From: Candidatus Omnitrophota bacterium | GTDB lineage: Bacteria > Omnitrophota > Gorgyraeia > Zapsychrales > JBAZNR01 | DNA: 64,000 bases | Assembly: GCA_041649175.1 (NCBI GenBank) | Contig: JBAZNR010000001.1 | Location: forward strand, 158,934-222,933 | Direction: 5' to 3' | In this document: piece after piece, positions 17,970 to 27,622 of the stretch | Layout: each line of letters starts with the position of its first letter | Numbering within the stretch: the first letter of the stretch is position 1 | The notes under the pieces: model-generated | Databases searched by the model: none | What the model was told of the DNA's origin: nothing | Seen by the model: the letters and a program-made list of their open reading frames with translations, nothing else | Position numbers and translations under genes: made by a program

Positions 17970-18985
17970 TACAAAACCTCAACGGGAACACCGCGTTTTA
18001 CAATAGATTCCTGGATAGCGCACAAAGTACGCACCACATCTGCGGCTTTTTGCGCATCCGCCAGATCCGGATTCTTATTTTTCTCAACACAATCAATGAA
18101 ATACTGACTTTGCAATTTTAAGGGTTCCGCTAAACCGATCTTAGGGATCGTGATGCTTCCCTCTTTGGATAAAAGCTGGAATTCGCCGTAGGACTCATAA
18201 AAAACGGCTGTCCGCTCGACGTGTTTGTCATAAAGCTTAACAGGGCCATTATTATCCAAATCGTCCCAGATCACCATTTTTTTATCGCCGACAATGGTGA
18301 TCTGCCGGACTTTTCTAGGGTCAAGCCAACTGACATGAATATTCACAAGAATATTCTTAGGATATTCTAACGTGGCGAATGCTAAATCTTCTAAAGAGTT
18401 TCCGAGGCATTTTTGCCCGCGAGCGGAAACACTGATCGGACAGCTGTCTAACAAATAATTAAAAATAGAAATATCGTGCGGCGCTAAGTCCCAAAGCGCG
18501 TTGACATCGTAACGAAAAGGCCCCAGATTCGTACGCTCCGAATGGGCATAGTAGACTGATCCCAATTCCCCGGATTTGATATATTCTTTGAGGCGGACAA
18601 TACCGGCGTTAAAAACAAAAACATGTCCCACCATGAGGATCTTATTTTTCTGTGAAGCCAGCTCTTTTAATTCACGGCATTCTTTAGCTGTGAGCGCTAA
18701 CGGCTTCTCGCAAAGAACATGCTTATTGTTTTCCAGAGATTCTTTGACCAAGGCATAATGGCTGTTGGTCGGTGTTGCGATGCAAACAGCCGTGATTTCG
18801 GGATTTTTTAAAATTTCCTTATAATCAGAAACAGCCGTTACGGATGGGAACAAACCTTTAATGGCTTTAAGTCTTTCCGCATCCAGGTCAGCGCACATAG
18901 CGACTTTTGAGTTCGCCCCCTGAGAAAAAATACGGATATGATTGGGGCCCCAATGCCCGCAACCGATAACGCCAATGGTAACCAA
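17969..18985 (-). CDS. Gfo/Idh/MocA-family NAD-dependent sugar oxidoreductase, WbpB/WlbA-like
   Basis: 'MVTIGVIGCGHWGPNH' Rossmann N-terminus; typical fold length. Confidence 0.7.
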   Translation of the reverse strand: MVTIGVIGCGHWGPNHIRIFSQGANSKVAMCADLDAERLKAIKGLFPSVTAVSDYKEILKNPEITAVCIATPTNSHYALVKESLENNKHVLCEKPLALTAKECRELKELASQKNKILMVGHVFVFNAGIVRLKEYIKSGELGSVYYAHSERTNLGPFRYDVNALWDLAPHDISIFNYLLDSCPISVSARGQKCLGNSLEDLAFATLEYPKNILVNIHVSWLDPRKVRQITIVGDKKMVIWDDLDNNGPVKLYDKHVERTAVFYESYGEFQLLSKEGSITIPKIGLAEPLKLQSQYFIDCVEKNKNPDLADAQKAADVVRTLCAIQESIVKRGVPVEVL

Positions 18986-19171
18986 ATCTTCCTCCTCAAT
19001 TAAAGTCGTTAACAGGAATATATTATAGTGACGAAAGAGTTATTAAGAAAGATTTTATTTTTGCTTTTCCTCAATACTTTTGATTGTTTGCCGCGGCTAA
19101 AACAGGCTGTAATCTATTGAAACATCGGCTCTTTCAAGATAGAATAGTGAGCAAATTAGAACTTCCAGCTT

Positions 19172-19603
19172 ATGAATATTAAAAATATGGCCTCAACTCA
19201 GAATCTGCGATCGGCTTCTCTTTTTTTGGGAGCGCTCGTCATTATTTCCATCCATATTCATACTCTCATCAAGGAAACAACAAAAAACCAACAACTTCGC
19301 CAAAACGTTCCCGCTCAATTTCTGGGTTATAAATTCGCCGGGCTTGAAGAAACACTGCGCGATGTGCGCTATATTGGCTATTACAGCGATAAAAGCCTTG
19401 ATGACCGCGTTTTTGCCGCGCAATTTGCCCAGGCGCAGTACATCTTAACTCCGGCTATTTTGGATTTTAACAATACTGATCATGATTTCATCCTTTTTGA
19501 TTGTTCCACGGAAGATATTGCCATGAGAAAAATAAAACAGATCGGCGCTGTTCCTTTGAAGAAAAACCAATTCGGGATCATCTTAGCAAGAAAAATAAAA
19601 TGA
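19172..19603 (+). CDS. hypothetical small protein with N-terminal TM
   Basis: ORF track; its TGA stop overlaps the ATG of the next gene (ATGA at 19600-19603). Confidence 0.3.
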   Translation: MNIKNMASTQNLRSASLFLGALVIISIHIHTLIKETTKNQQLRQNVPAQFLGYKFAGLEETLRDVRYIGYYSDKSLDDRVFAAQFAQAQYILTPAILDFNNTDHDFILFDCSTEDIAMRKIKQIGAVPLKKNQFGIILARKIK

Positions 19604-20955
19604 CCGCCATTTTCCCTTATCTACTCTCAACAGCTTTAGGTTATTTGCTGATAAGGACTTTATTTAGAAATCAAACTCCGGTCAGCATTTATTTTTACTT
19701 CTTTGTTTCCATTGGCGCCGGTTTAGGCTTAAGCACTTACATAACTTTCTTTAGTTTTCTTTTATTTGATCAATTAAATCAATTTTTTGTTCTTGCGGCA
19801 CACGCAGTAATCCTATGCCTATTTATTTTGACCGGAAAATTTCTCCTAAAACTTTCCTGGAAAGATCTCTTTATCGTCAGGAAATTTTGCACTCGGGAGC
19901 TTTTATTGTTCCTGATCCTTATTTTTGCCTCTGTTCCCCTGCTTATCCACTGCCAATTTTATCCCAATGGCGGCTGGGATGCCTGGTCTTGTTGGAACTT
20001 AAAAGCCCGTTACCTTTTTCTCGGCGGCGAAGAGTGGCAAAATATGCTAAACCCAATTCTGTGGCGCTCCAGCCCTCACTATCCGCTTCTTTTACCTCTT
20101 ATTAATGTCTGGGGGTGGATGTTCTCTGACCAGACGCTACCGGCAACCCCGATGATCACCTCGGTCGTATTCACGTTCATCACATCCGGGCTTTTGCTCT
20201 TTAGCTTAAATGAAATAACATCCAAGATCGCGTCTGCTTTAGGTATGCTGCTTATAGCCGTGTTGCCGTTTTTTGTGACCATCGGAACAAGCCAGTACTG
20301 CGATATTGTTCTAGGTTATTTTCTTTTAGGGAGCTTTGTTTGCGCGATTCTTGGTATTCGGAAAAATTCTTTGCCTTTGATCGCTTTATCGGGATTGTTT
20401 CTTGGATTTTTGAGCTTCACAAAGCCGGAAGGAACGCTGGCTTCTTTACTGATCGTCTTTTTGTTTTGCGCGTATCTTGTTCTTCGGCAAACACAATTTA
20501 CCCCGAATTTCAGAAAAATTATTACGTATTTTCTAATAACATTTCTTTTTTCGGCCCTACCAACAATTCTTTTCCAGATCGTTTACTCTCCGGGAAATCA
20601 AACATTTATCAACGGGCTCTCTTCGTCATCTGATCCGTCTAATTTTTCCAGATTACAGCTCATCGGAAGTTTCTTTCTAGTGGAATTAGGAAGCCAAAAA
20701 TGGAACGGCCTTTGGATCTTTTTAGGAGTAGGAATTGTGCTTATGGGTAGGAAATGCTGGCAAGGAACAACGCTAATTTTGCCGCTATTTTTCTTAATTT
20801 ATCTTCTTACGATCTTCTTTTATTATTTTCTGAATACTTATTTTGCGGCCGCCTGGTGGCTATCCGTCACACTCAACAGAATTCTTCTAACACTGCTGCC
20901 TTCTGCTATTTTCTGGGTCTTTTCTTCTTTGGGCCGGCTCAGCCAAGAAAAATAA
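19600..20955 (+). CDS. polytopic membrane protein (about 12 TM), possibly a GT-C-type or polymerase-like enzyme. Start reassigned to 19600.
   Basis: MTAIFPYLLSTALGYLL…; Trp/aromatic-rich loops ('GGWDAWSCWNLKARY'); translationally coupled to 19172..19603. Confidence 0.4.
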   Translation: MTAIFPYLLSTALGYLLIRTLFRNQTPVSIYFYFFVSIGAGLGLSTYITFFSFLLFDQLNQFFVLAAHAVILCLFILTGKFLLKLSWKDLFIVRKFCTRELLLFLILIFASVPLLIHCQFYPNGGWDAWSCWNLKARYLFLGGEEWQNMLNPILWRSSPHYPLLLPLINVWGWMFSDQTLPATPMITSVVFTFITSGLLLFSLNEITSKIASALGMLLIAVLPFFVTIGTSQYCDIVLGYFLLGSFVCAILGIRKNSLPLIALSGLFLGFLSFTKPEGTLASLLIVFLFCAYLVLRQTQFTPNFRKIITYFLITFLFSALPTILFQIVYSPGNQTFINGLSSSSDPSNFSRLQLIGSFFLVELGSQKWNGLWIFLGVGIVLMGRKCWQGTTLILPLFFLIYLLTIFFYYFLNTYFAAAWWLSVTLNRILLTLLPSAIFWVFSSLGRLSQEK

Positions 20956-20964
20956 TCTTTTACT

Positions 20965-21441
20965 TTAAAGCCGCTCGATCTTTAAGACCTGATAGTTGAG
21001 GTCTCCCGCCGGAACACGGATCACTAATTTCTCTCCAATGGCTTTTCCCATCAGAGATTTTCCCACCGGAGAAAAAATAGAGATCTTTCCTTCTTCATAA
21101 TTGGCCTCTTCCGGAGAAACAAGCGTATATTTTGTTTCTTCGCCTGTATCAAGATCCTTTAATGTCGCCGTCGCTCCGATAAAGATCTTGTCGGTCGGAA
21201 TATTCTCGTTTTCAATGATCCGCACTCTGGATAATTTCATTTCCAGCTCGGCAATACGCGCCTCGCAATGCGCCTGGGCATCTTTCGCGGCATCATATTC
21301 CGCGTTCTCTGAAATATCTCCCTGCAGCCTGGCCTCGCCGATAGCCTTGGCAATTTTCCGGCGCTCCGTAGTTTTGAGCCGCTCTAGCTCATCGTGTAAT
21401 TTTCGATGCCCTTCCTTGGTCAAATAAAGTTCCCCAGACAT
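20965..21441 (-). CDS. greA: transcription elongation factor GreA
   Basis: 'GDISENAEYDAAKDAQ' and overall GreA length and coiled-coil plus FKBP-like C-terminus. Confidence 0.9.
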   Translation of the reverse strand: MSGELYLTKEGHRKLHDELERLKTTERRKIAKAIGEARLQGDISENAEYDAAKDAQAHCEARIAELEMKLSRVRIIENENIPTDKIFIGATATLKDLDTGEETKYTLVSPEEANYEEGKISIFSPVGKSLMGKAIGEKLVIRVPAGDLNYQVLKIERL

Positions 21442-21506
21442 GCTGTCTCCTTTTTATTTCTGCCTACCACTAAACGGCTATTTATCTTTTTCGTTTAAAC
21501 TTGCCC

Positions 21507-23531
21507 TTATTGACTATTATAATTCTGCAATCGTCTTTGAGCAGAGTCAAGCATCTTTTTGTTGTTTTGATTTTCATAAAGCTTGATGGCGGCCGCTAAA
21601 ACTTTTTGAGCTTCATTGATCTGACCTATTTTATTTAAGGTATTCGCGAGATTAAAATACGCATTGGCAAATTGCACGTCAACAGCAATGGCTTTTTCAT
21701 AACAATCAATCGCTTCATCGTAGCGGCCAAGCATATCCGCAATATTACCCATATTATTATGTGCGGACGCCATTTTATCATCCCGCTTTGCCGCAGACTT
21801 ATACGCGTCATAGGCCATCTCGTATTTTTCTTCCGACACATAAATGTCGCCTAGGCTATAAAACGCGAAAGCAAAATCAGGGTTGAAACGAATGGCTTCG
21901 TAAAAATAAAACTTCGCCTTAGATAGGTCATTTTTCTCCAGATGAACACGCCCCAAACCCGCGTAAGCCGGCGCAAAAGTAGGATTTATCTCCAGGGCCT
22001 TGCGGTAGCTTTCCTCGGCAGCTTTCGAATCCCCTTTTTGCCTATGAACATTACCTAGATTATAATGAGGGCCATCGTAATTGGGTTTGATCTCAATGGC
22101 TAGGTTTAGCTCTGCTATAGCGCGGTCGATATCCCCTTTTTCAAAATAGATATTACCCAGATTATTATGCGGATGCGCGTAATGGTTATCGAGCGCGATC
22201 GCCTTCTCATATTCTTGCTGCGCTTTTTCCAGAAAACCTTTTTCGTGATAGACGACCGCCAAGTTATTATGGACCCTGGCCTTGCCCGGTGATTTTCTAA
22301 CGATATCTTCCAGAAATCCCAATCGATCAGACCAAACAATATTCCTTTGATAACTTAACACGGAAAGAATGCTGATCAATATCAATGCCGCGGCAATTTG
22401 CCATCTTCTAAGAGAAATAAATCGGAACAATAAAACCGCGCAAACAATGATAGCGCCGATCATCGGCAGATAAAGGCGATGTTCAAAAATAACGTCGGCA
22501 ATAGGGAAAAAACTTGATTCTAAGCTTAACGTTAGAAAGAACCAAGAAATACCGAATGCGATCAATTTTTGCTTCTTATAGATTTGCATGGCAAGAATCA
22601 ATATTCCAAAGAGAATACAAAAAGAGAAAAAAGTAGGAAACGAAAAAAAGCTACGCGCGATCGGGTAATCGTAATCCAAGTTCTGATGGACAGGAAAAAC
22701 CAACAGGCGTAAATAGGTTACAAGGACATTGAACTGCGTTAATAAATAATCTCCCCTAGAAATACTGTTCGTTTCCCGCGTTACGTCCAAAAGCCTGGTC
22801 AAATCCCATGATTTGTACTTCCATAGCATTAAAAGAGAAGGGACAGCGACAATCATAAAGACAAATGGCAAAAAAGCTAAGATTATTTTTTTATCCCTCT
22901 TAAAAGAAAAATCCAGGAAAAATATTTCCAGCAGAATAATGGCAAAAGGCAAAGTAATAATAATGGGTTTTGTAAAAAGCCCCACAAAAGCAACGGCAAC
23001 CGAAAAAATATAGAAAATTAATTTCTTTTCTTGGCGAAATCGCACATATAAAAGCAGAGCGAGCAAATAGCACGCACCCGCCAAAAGCGTTGAGCGCTGC
23101 GAAACATATGTGACCGCTGATGTCTGCAGAGGATGAACAAGGAAAATAGCCGCCCCAAAGAAAGCCATGGCTTTCGCATCTTTTAAGGTCCGATTTTCTT
23201 TTAAACCTCTTTGAAATATTTCTTTCAGAAAAAGATAAACAAGGCCCGCTACCGCGAAATGAAGTAATAAATTAACCGCATGATAACCTTCCGGTTTTAA
23301 TCCGCCAAAAAAATAATTGACCGCAAAACTTAAGTGGGTCAAAAATCTCGACGGATCTGTCATCCAAATAACAAAAATACTGCGCAGATCCTTGATCGCC
23401 GAATCTTCAACGATAGTCATATAATCATCGAATTGAAAAGGCGCGCGCAAGGAAGGCCAATAAACACAAACCCCCAAAGCAAAAAGAATAAAAATGGAAA
23501 TGATCGGCGCGATCGCCTTATTTCTTTTCAT
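21507..23531 (-). CDS. TMTC/DUF1736-like GT-C membrane glycosyltransferase homolog plus TPR array (paralog D)
   Basis: 'FQFDDYMTIVEDS', 'HAVNLLLH', 'VHPLQTSAVTYVSQRST'; C-terminal TPRs. Confidence 0.6.
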   Translation of the reverse strand: MKRNKAIAPIISIFILFALGVCVYWPSLRAPFQFDDYMTIVEDSAIKDLRSIFVIWMTDPSRFLTHLSFAVNYFFGGLKPEGYHAVNLLLHFAVAGLVYLFLKEIFQRGLKENRTLKDAKAMAFFGAAIFLVHPLQTSAVTYVSQRSTLLAGACYLLALLLYVRFRQEKKLIFYIFSVAVAFVGLFTKPIIITLPFAIILLEIFFLDFSFKRDKKIILAFLPFVFMIVAVPSLLMLWKYKSWDLTRLLDVTRETNSISRGDYLLTQFNVLVTYLRLLVFPVHQNLDYDYPIARSFFSFPTFFSFCILFGILILAMQIYKKQKLIAFGISWFFLTLSLESSFFPIADVIFEHRLYLPMIGAIIVCAVLLFRFISLRRWQIAAALILISILSVLSYQRNIVWSDRLGFLEDIVRKSPGKARVHNNLAVVYHEKGFLEKAQQEYEKAIALDNHYAHPHNNLGNIYFEKGDIDRAIAELNLAIEIKPNYDGPHYNLGNVHRQKGDSKAAEESYRKALEINPTFAPAYAGLGRVHLEKNDLSKAKFYFYEAIRFNPDFAFAFYSLGDIYVSEEKYEMAYDAYKSAAKRDDKMASAHNNMGNIADMLGRYDEAIDCYEKAIAVDVQFANAYFNLANTLNKIGQINEAQKVLAAAIKLYENQNNKKMLDSAQRRLQNYNSQ

Positions 23532-25591
23532 TATTTTTTATTTTCGTTGAGTTTTTCTTCGATCGCTTCGGCTTTTTTTGTTTGCCCTTGGGCGCGATAC
23601 AATTTTACCGCTTGGCGGGCAGACTCTCTTGATTCTTCAAGGCGGCCGGATTCGTAGAGAGCATTGGCTAAATTAAAATACGCCTGAGCCAAGGAAGGAT
23701 CATGGCTAATGGCTTTTTCATAGTTCTCGATGGATTTTTGAAAATCACCAAAATAAAAAAAGACATTTCCTAAATTGTTAAGCGCATCGGCTAAATCAGG
23801 CTTTAATTGAATAGCCTGTTGATAACTCATCAATGCTTCATAAAAATTACTTTCCGTAAAATAAATATTCCCTAAATTATAATGCGCAAACGGATTTTGA
23901 GGATCAAGCCTTAGGGATTCTTGCAGGGCTGACTTTGCCTCCCCTGTACGTTTGGCGTCAGAATAAAGATTTCCTAATCCCGCATAGGCGGACGCGTTGA
24001 ACTTATCTAAGCTGATCGCCCGGTTAAAAGAATCCATGGCGGCATCAAAATCCCCCTTTTTCTGGGCGACAAGCCCTAAACCTAAGCACACCGAAGAATG
24101 ATCCGGATATTGTCCGGCGAGATTTAAAAGCAGTTTTTCCGCTTCCCGGATATTTCCTGTCTCGAGATAAACCATCGCAAGGTTATAGCGGGCCGTAAAA
24201 TAATCGGGGTCTAAGCTTAAAGCCTTAAGATATTCGGCCTGAGCTTCTTGAAATTTTCCTTTTGAGAAATAAAAATACCCTAAATTGTTATGCGGCCTGG
24301 ATTTTTGGGGTGATTTGGCAACAACGTCTTGCATAAATCTTAGGCCATTGCTCCAAAGATCATTTCTGACATAAGTCAGCACTGAAAATACAGCGACCAC
24401 GGCGACCATAACGCCAATGTATGCCTTTTTATCCTTAAAGAACTTATGAAGGATGGTACACAATAAAATTGCAAATCCAAAACATGATAAATAAACCCGA
24501 TGTTCGTTAATCACATCTGCCAGCGGAAAAATGCTTGAATCAGGTAAAAGGGCGATAAAAAATATGAAAATACCAAATGATACCAGGGGGCGTTTATTAA
24601 ATGATGTAGTCGCAATAAAAATGAGAAGGAAAATTCCCGCCAAAGATAGATACGTCGGAAATTCAAAAATGTTATGAACGATCCTAAAATCATAGTCTAG
24701 GTTCTGTCCGATGGGAACAAAAAGAAGCTGAAGATATTTCATCATGACATTGAACTGAGTGAACAAATAGCTGGGTTGCGGAATATTGAGATAACTTTGT
24801 GTTACAAGCGTTGTTAATTTCCCCATTCCAAAAAGAAAAAGAGGAATGGCCAGCATTGGAAGGACAAAACATAAAAACGTCACTCGCTCCCGCCATCCGG
24901 TATCTGGCTCATCATCTTTAAAGAAACACAACTGCACTAAGATCACGACTAAAGGCAGTGTTGCGATGATAGGTTTACTGAGCATCCCCAGAAAACAGAA
25001 GACGATCGCCCATAAATATAATTTAAAGTTCCGTTCAATTTTTCCTTTAAAAAAGAAATAGAGCGTTGCGACATAAAAGAAACCTGCCAGAACCGTTGAC
25101 CGCTGAACAATATAAGTAACCGCTTGTGTTTGGATGGGATGGAGCAGGAAGATGAGCGCGGTAAATAAAGAAATAAGGAAAGAACTGTCCTCATCCCAGG
25201 CGTTTTTTATCCGGGGCATCTGGAAGATCTGAAAACTAAAAAGAAAAACAAAAAAGCTCGTCATGATGTGGATCAGCAGGTTAACCAAATGCCATCCAAA
25301 AACATTGAGCTTGAATGCCAAGTAAGTTGCAAGAAAGGTAAGATTGGTGAGAAATCTGGAGCGGTCATATTCCCAAAGAGCGGGAAGGTCGAGATTTTTG
25401 ATGAGCGGATTATCCACGATCACCGCATGGTCATCAAACTGAAAATCACCCCAAAAGCTGCGGCTATAAGCGGCAAAAGCAGAAACAACGATGATCCAAA
25501 ATGCCGTCCGAAAACGCCGTGCTCCGGAGAAATATTCTAAAAAAGAAGAGCCGAATAGATCCGCGGCCGAAAAATAAGAAGTTTTGCTCAC
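23531..25591 (-). CDS. TMTC/DUF1736-like GT-C membrane glycosyltransferase homolog plus TPR array (paralog E)
   Basis: 'FQFDDHAVIVDNP', 'HLVNLLIH', 'LHPIQTQAVTYIVQRST'; its TAA stop shares one base with the ATG of paralog D (TAATG). Confidence 0.6.
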   Translation of the reverse strand: MSKTSYFSAADLFGSSFLEYFSGARRFRTAFWIIVVSAFAAYSRSFWGDFQFDDHAVIVDNPLIKNLDLPALWEYDRSRFLTNLTFLATYLAFKLNVFGWHLVNLLIHIMTSFFVFLFSFQIFQMPRIKNAWDEDSSFLISLFTALIFLLHPIQTQAVTYIVQRSTVLAGFFYVATLYFFFKGKIERNFKLYLWAIVFCFLGMLSKPIIATLPLVVILVQLCFFKDDEPDTGWRERVTFLCFVLPMLAIPLFLFGMGKLTTLVTQSYLNIPQPSYLFTQFNVMMKYLQLLFVPIGQNLDYDFRIVHNIFEFPTYLSLAGIFLLIFIATTSFNKRPLVSFGIFIFFIALLPDSSIFPLADVINEHRVYLSCFGFAILLCTILHKFFKDKKAYIGVMVAVVAVFSVLTYVRNDLWSNGLRFMQDVVAKSPQKSRPHNNLGYFYFSKGKFQEAQAEYLKALSLDPDYFTARYNLAMVYLETGNIREAEKLLLNLAGQYPDHSSVCLGLGLVAQKKGDFDAAMDSFNRAISLDKFNASAYAGLGNLYSDAKRTGEAKSALQESLRLDPQNPFAHYNLGNIYFTESNFYEALMSYQQAIQLKPDLADALNNLGNVFFYFGDFQKSIENYEKAISHDPSLAQAYFNLANALYESGRLEESRESARQAVKLYRAQGQTKKAEAIEEKLNENKK

Positions 25592-25638
25592 AATTTAGAA
25601 AGTGAATTTCTTTGTTGGGAACTATTGCGTTTTGACAA

Positions 25639-25872
25639 CTACATGCTTTCCACGGCCTTCATAATGACCGGAACGATCTCTTTAACTTCATTTTTAACCA
25701 AGCGGCCGAGCTTGACAAATTGCCATTCACCGGATTGATTTTGATTCTCGCGAGAGATCTGCAACTTCTTTTCCCCGCCATTATAAGAGAAAACTCCGAC
25801 GGTGATCTTGGTATCGCCAAACTCTTTGGTTTCTTTGAATGTTTCCGCATCCAACGACTTATCGTACGGCAT
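25639..25872 (-). CDS. small PC4-like (ssDNA-binding coactivator p15 fold) protein, tentative
   Basis: 'KITVGVFSYNGGEKKLQISRENQNQSGEWQFVKLGRL' resembles the PC4 beta-sheet and KxG core. Confidence 0.3.
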   Translation of the reverse strand: MPYDKSLDAETFKETKEFGDTKITVGVFSYNGGEKKLQISRENQNQSGEWQFVKLGRLVKNEVKEIVPVIMKAVESM

Positions 25873-25917
25873 TAACTTCCTCCTTTAATAAACCCTGTTT
25901 TTATCACAGGGTCAATG

Positions 25918-26211
25918 TTATAAGCCCGGAATATTCAGGCCCGTTGCGGCCTTCATTTTCTGAGCAGCGACGTTCTGAGACCTCACCACGGCAATATTGA
26001 CCGCCCGCAGCAAATCCCCTTCTAATTTTTGTTTATTGCTCTCCCCTAAAAGCAACGGATCAATTTGTATTGCTTTGAAATTTTGCGCTCCGTTAACAGT
26101 GATCTTGATCCCGCGAATATCACTGATCTCTAAAATAGCCGCTTCTAATTCGCGCTTGATCTTTTCCATTTGACTCTTAACTTCCATCAGCTGTTTCATT
26201 TTATCAAACAT
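25918..26211 (-). CDS. ybaB: nucleoid-associated protein YbaB/EbfC
   Basis: 'ITVNGAQNFKAIQIDPLLL…LLRAVNIAV…ATGLNIPGL' matches the YbaB family end to end. Confidence 0.85.
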   Translation of the reverse strand: MFDKMKQLMEVKSQMEKIKRELEAAILEISDIRGIKITVNGAQNFKAIQIDPLLLGESNKQKLEGDLLRAVNIAVVRSQNVAAQKMKAATGLNIPGL

Positions 26212-26260
26212 AAAATATCTCCTTTAAAAATAATCATCGTTAAAAATATTTCGGTCGATC

Positions 26261-26554
26261 TTACCGCAATCGGTACGCAATCTCTAGAAGAGTTGTCACT
26301 AGAAATGATCGAAGAAACATAATTATGAAAAACACAATAATGGGAGAAATATCTATCCCCAAAGATGGCAAAAGCCTTCGGACCGGATTTAAAACAGGCT
26401 CGGTCGTTCGATAAAGAAATTGAACAATAGGATTAAACGGGTCCGGGTTGACCCAGCTAATCAGCGCCCGTATAAGGATCAGCCAATATGCCAGCGTTAA
26501 AAGGACGTCCAGGACTCTTGTGAGCGCAATAATAAGGTTGCTTAAGACGAACAT
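26261..26554 (-). CDS. YggT-family membrane protein
   Basis: 'LIRALISWVNPDP…TEPVLNPVRRLLP…GIDISPI'. Confidence 0.7.
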   Translation of the reverse strand: MFVLSNLIIALTRVLDVLLTLAYWLILIRALISWVNPDPFNPIVQFLYRTTEPVLNPVRRLLPSLGIDISPIIVFFIIMFLRSFLVTTLLEIAYRLR

Positions 26555-26560
26555 AGTTCC

Positions 26561-27622
26561 CTACCTTTTTTTGTCTTCGGGTTCAAAGGATTTTTCTTGC
26601 TGGTAATTGACAGCGTAAATGGGATAAGGAATAACGATTCCTTCTTGAGCATAGCGCTCTTTCAGTTGCTTAACGAATTCGTGCTTCACCAGATACTGAT
26701 CGACAAATTCCTTCGCTCGCAAGATAACGGTGAAATTTATAGAAGAATTTCCGAACGTATGAAAACGAATGAACGGCTCAAAGTCGACAACACCGCCGGG
26801 AACTTCTTTCATTACATTTTTAGCAACATCAATAGTGACTTTTTCAACATGGTTTAAGTCCGATTGATAATGCACGCCTATCTCTACAAGGACCGCCAGG
26901 TCGGTGCCGGGGTAATAGTAGTTGATAATGCGGGAATTTGTCAGCATCTTGTTAGGAAGAATGACCATGTTGTTTGATAAAAATCTTATCCAAGTTGACC
27001 GCCAACCGATCTTATGGATATAGCCTTCTTCGCCCGATTCAAGCTTTACAAATTGTCCAACCTGAATAGGTTTATCGATCACAATCTGAATACCCGCAAA
27101 AAAGTTTTCCAATGTTGGCTGCAAAGCCAGCGCAACCGCCAAAGAGCCGATTCCCAATGACGCGATGATCGGCGTGATCGAAACACCAAAACTATCTAAA
27201 AGGACAAGACCGCCGATCCCTATTGTGGCAATTCGCACAGCTCCCTGGGCAAACCCGCCGGAAGTTCTTAAAATCTCCATTTTGGGAGTATACGACCGGA
27301 TCAAACCACCAATCAACCTGTCCAAGAAGACAATAACGGCAATGATACTGACGGCCTTAAAAGCTAAAACAAAATAGTGAACCATTTCCGTAGAGGCAAA
27401 AGCAGGAATGATCTTTCCGGCGACAACACCGCCGCTTGCCACGATCAACAATGTCAAAGGCAGATCGGCCGCCTTTAAAAGAATATCATCGGCGGACGTT
27501 CGCGTTCTCTGAACCATCTTCTTCATGTAGCCGAAGCCGATCATTTTAGCCATCAACAATATCCCGACCCACGCTAAATAGATGATCGGAACATAAATCC
27601 ACGCGGGAATATAACCGTACAT
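26561..27622 (-). CDS. MscS-family mechanosensitive channel
   Basis: TM3-like region and the conserved beta-domain 'VTIDVAKNVMKEVPGGVVDFEPFIRFHTFGNSSINFTVIL'. Confidence 0.8.
   Translation of the reverse strand: MYGYIPAWIYVPIIYLAWVGILLMAKMIGFGYMKKMVQRTRTSADDILLKAADLPLTLLIVASGGVVAGKIIPAFASTEMVHYFVLAFKAVSIIAVIVFLDRLIGGLIRSYTPKMEILRTSGGFAQGAVRIATIGIGGLVLLDSFGVSITPIIASLGIGSLAVALALQPTLENFFAGIQIVIDKPIQVGQFVKLESGEEGYIHKIGWRSTWIRFLSNNMVILPNKMLTNSRIINYYYPGTDLAVLVEIGVHYQSDLNHVEKVTIDVAKNVMKEVPGGVVDFEPFIRFHTFGNSSINFTVILRAKEFVDQYLVKHEFVKQLKERYAQEGIVIPYPIYAVNYQQEKSFEPEDKKR

Noticed and set aside
19501-19599. N-terminal 33-aa extension of the polytopic membrane protein
   Set aside because: The ATG at 19600 forms an ATGA overlap with the upstream stop and immediately precedes the first TM helix; the longer ORF is probably an artefact of choosing the first in-frame ATG.
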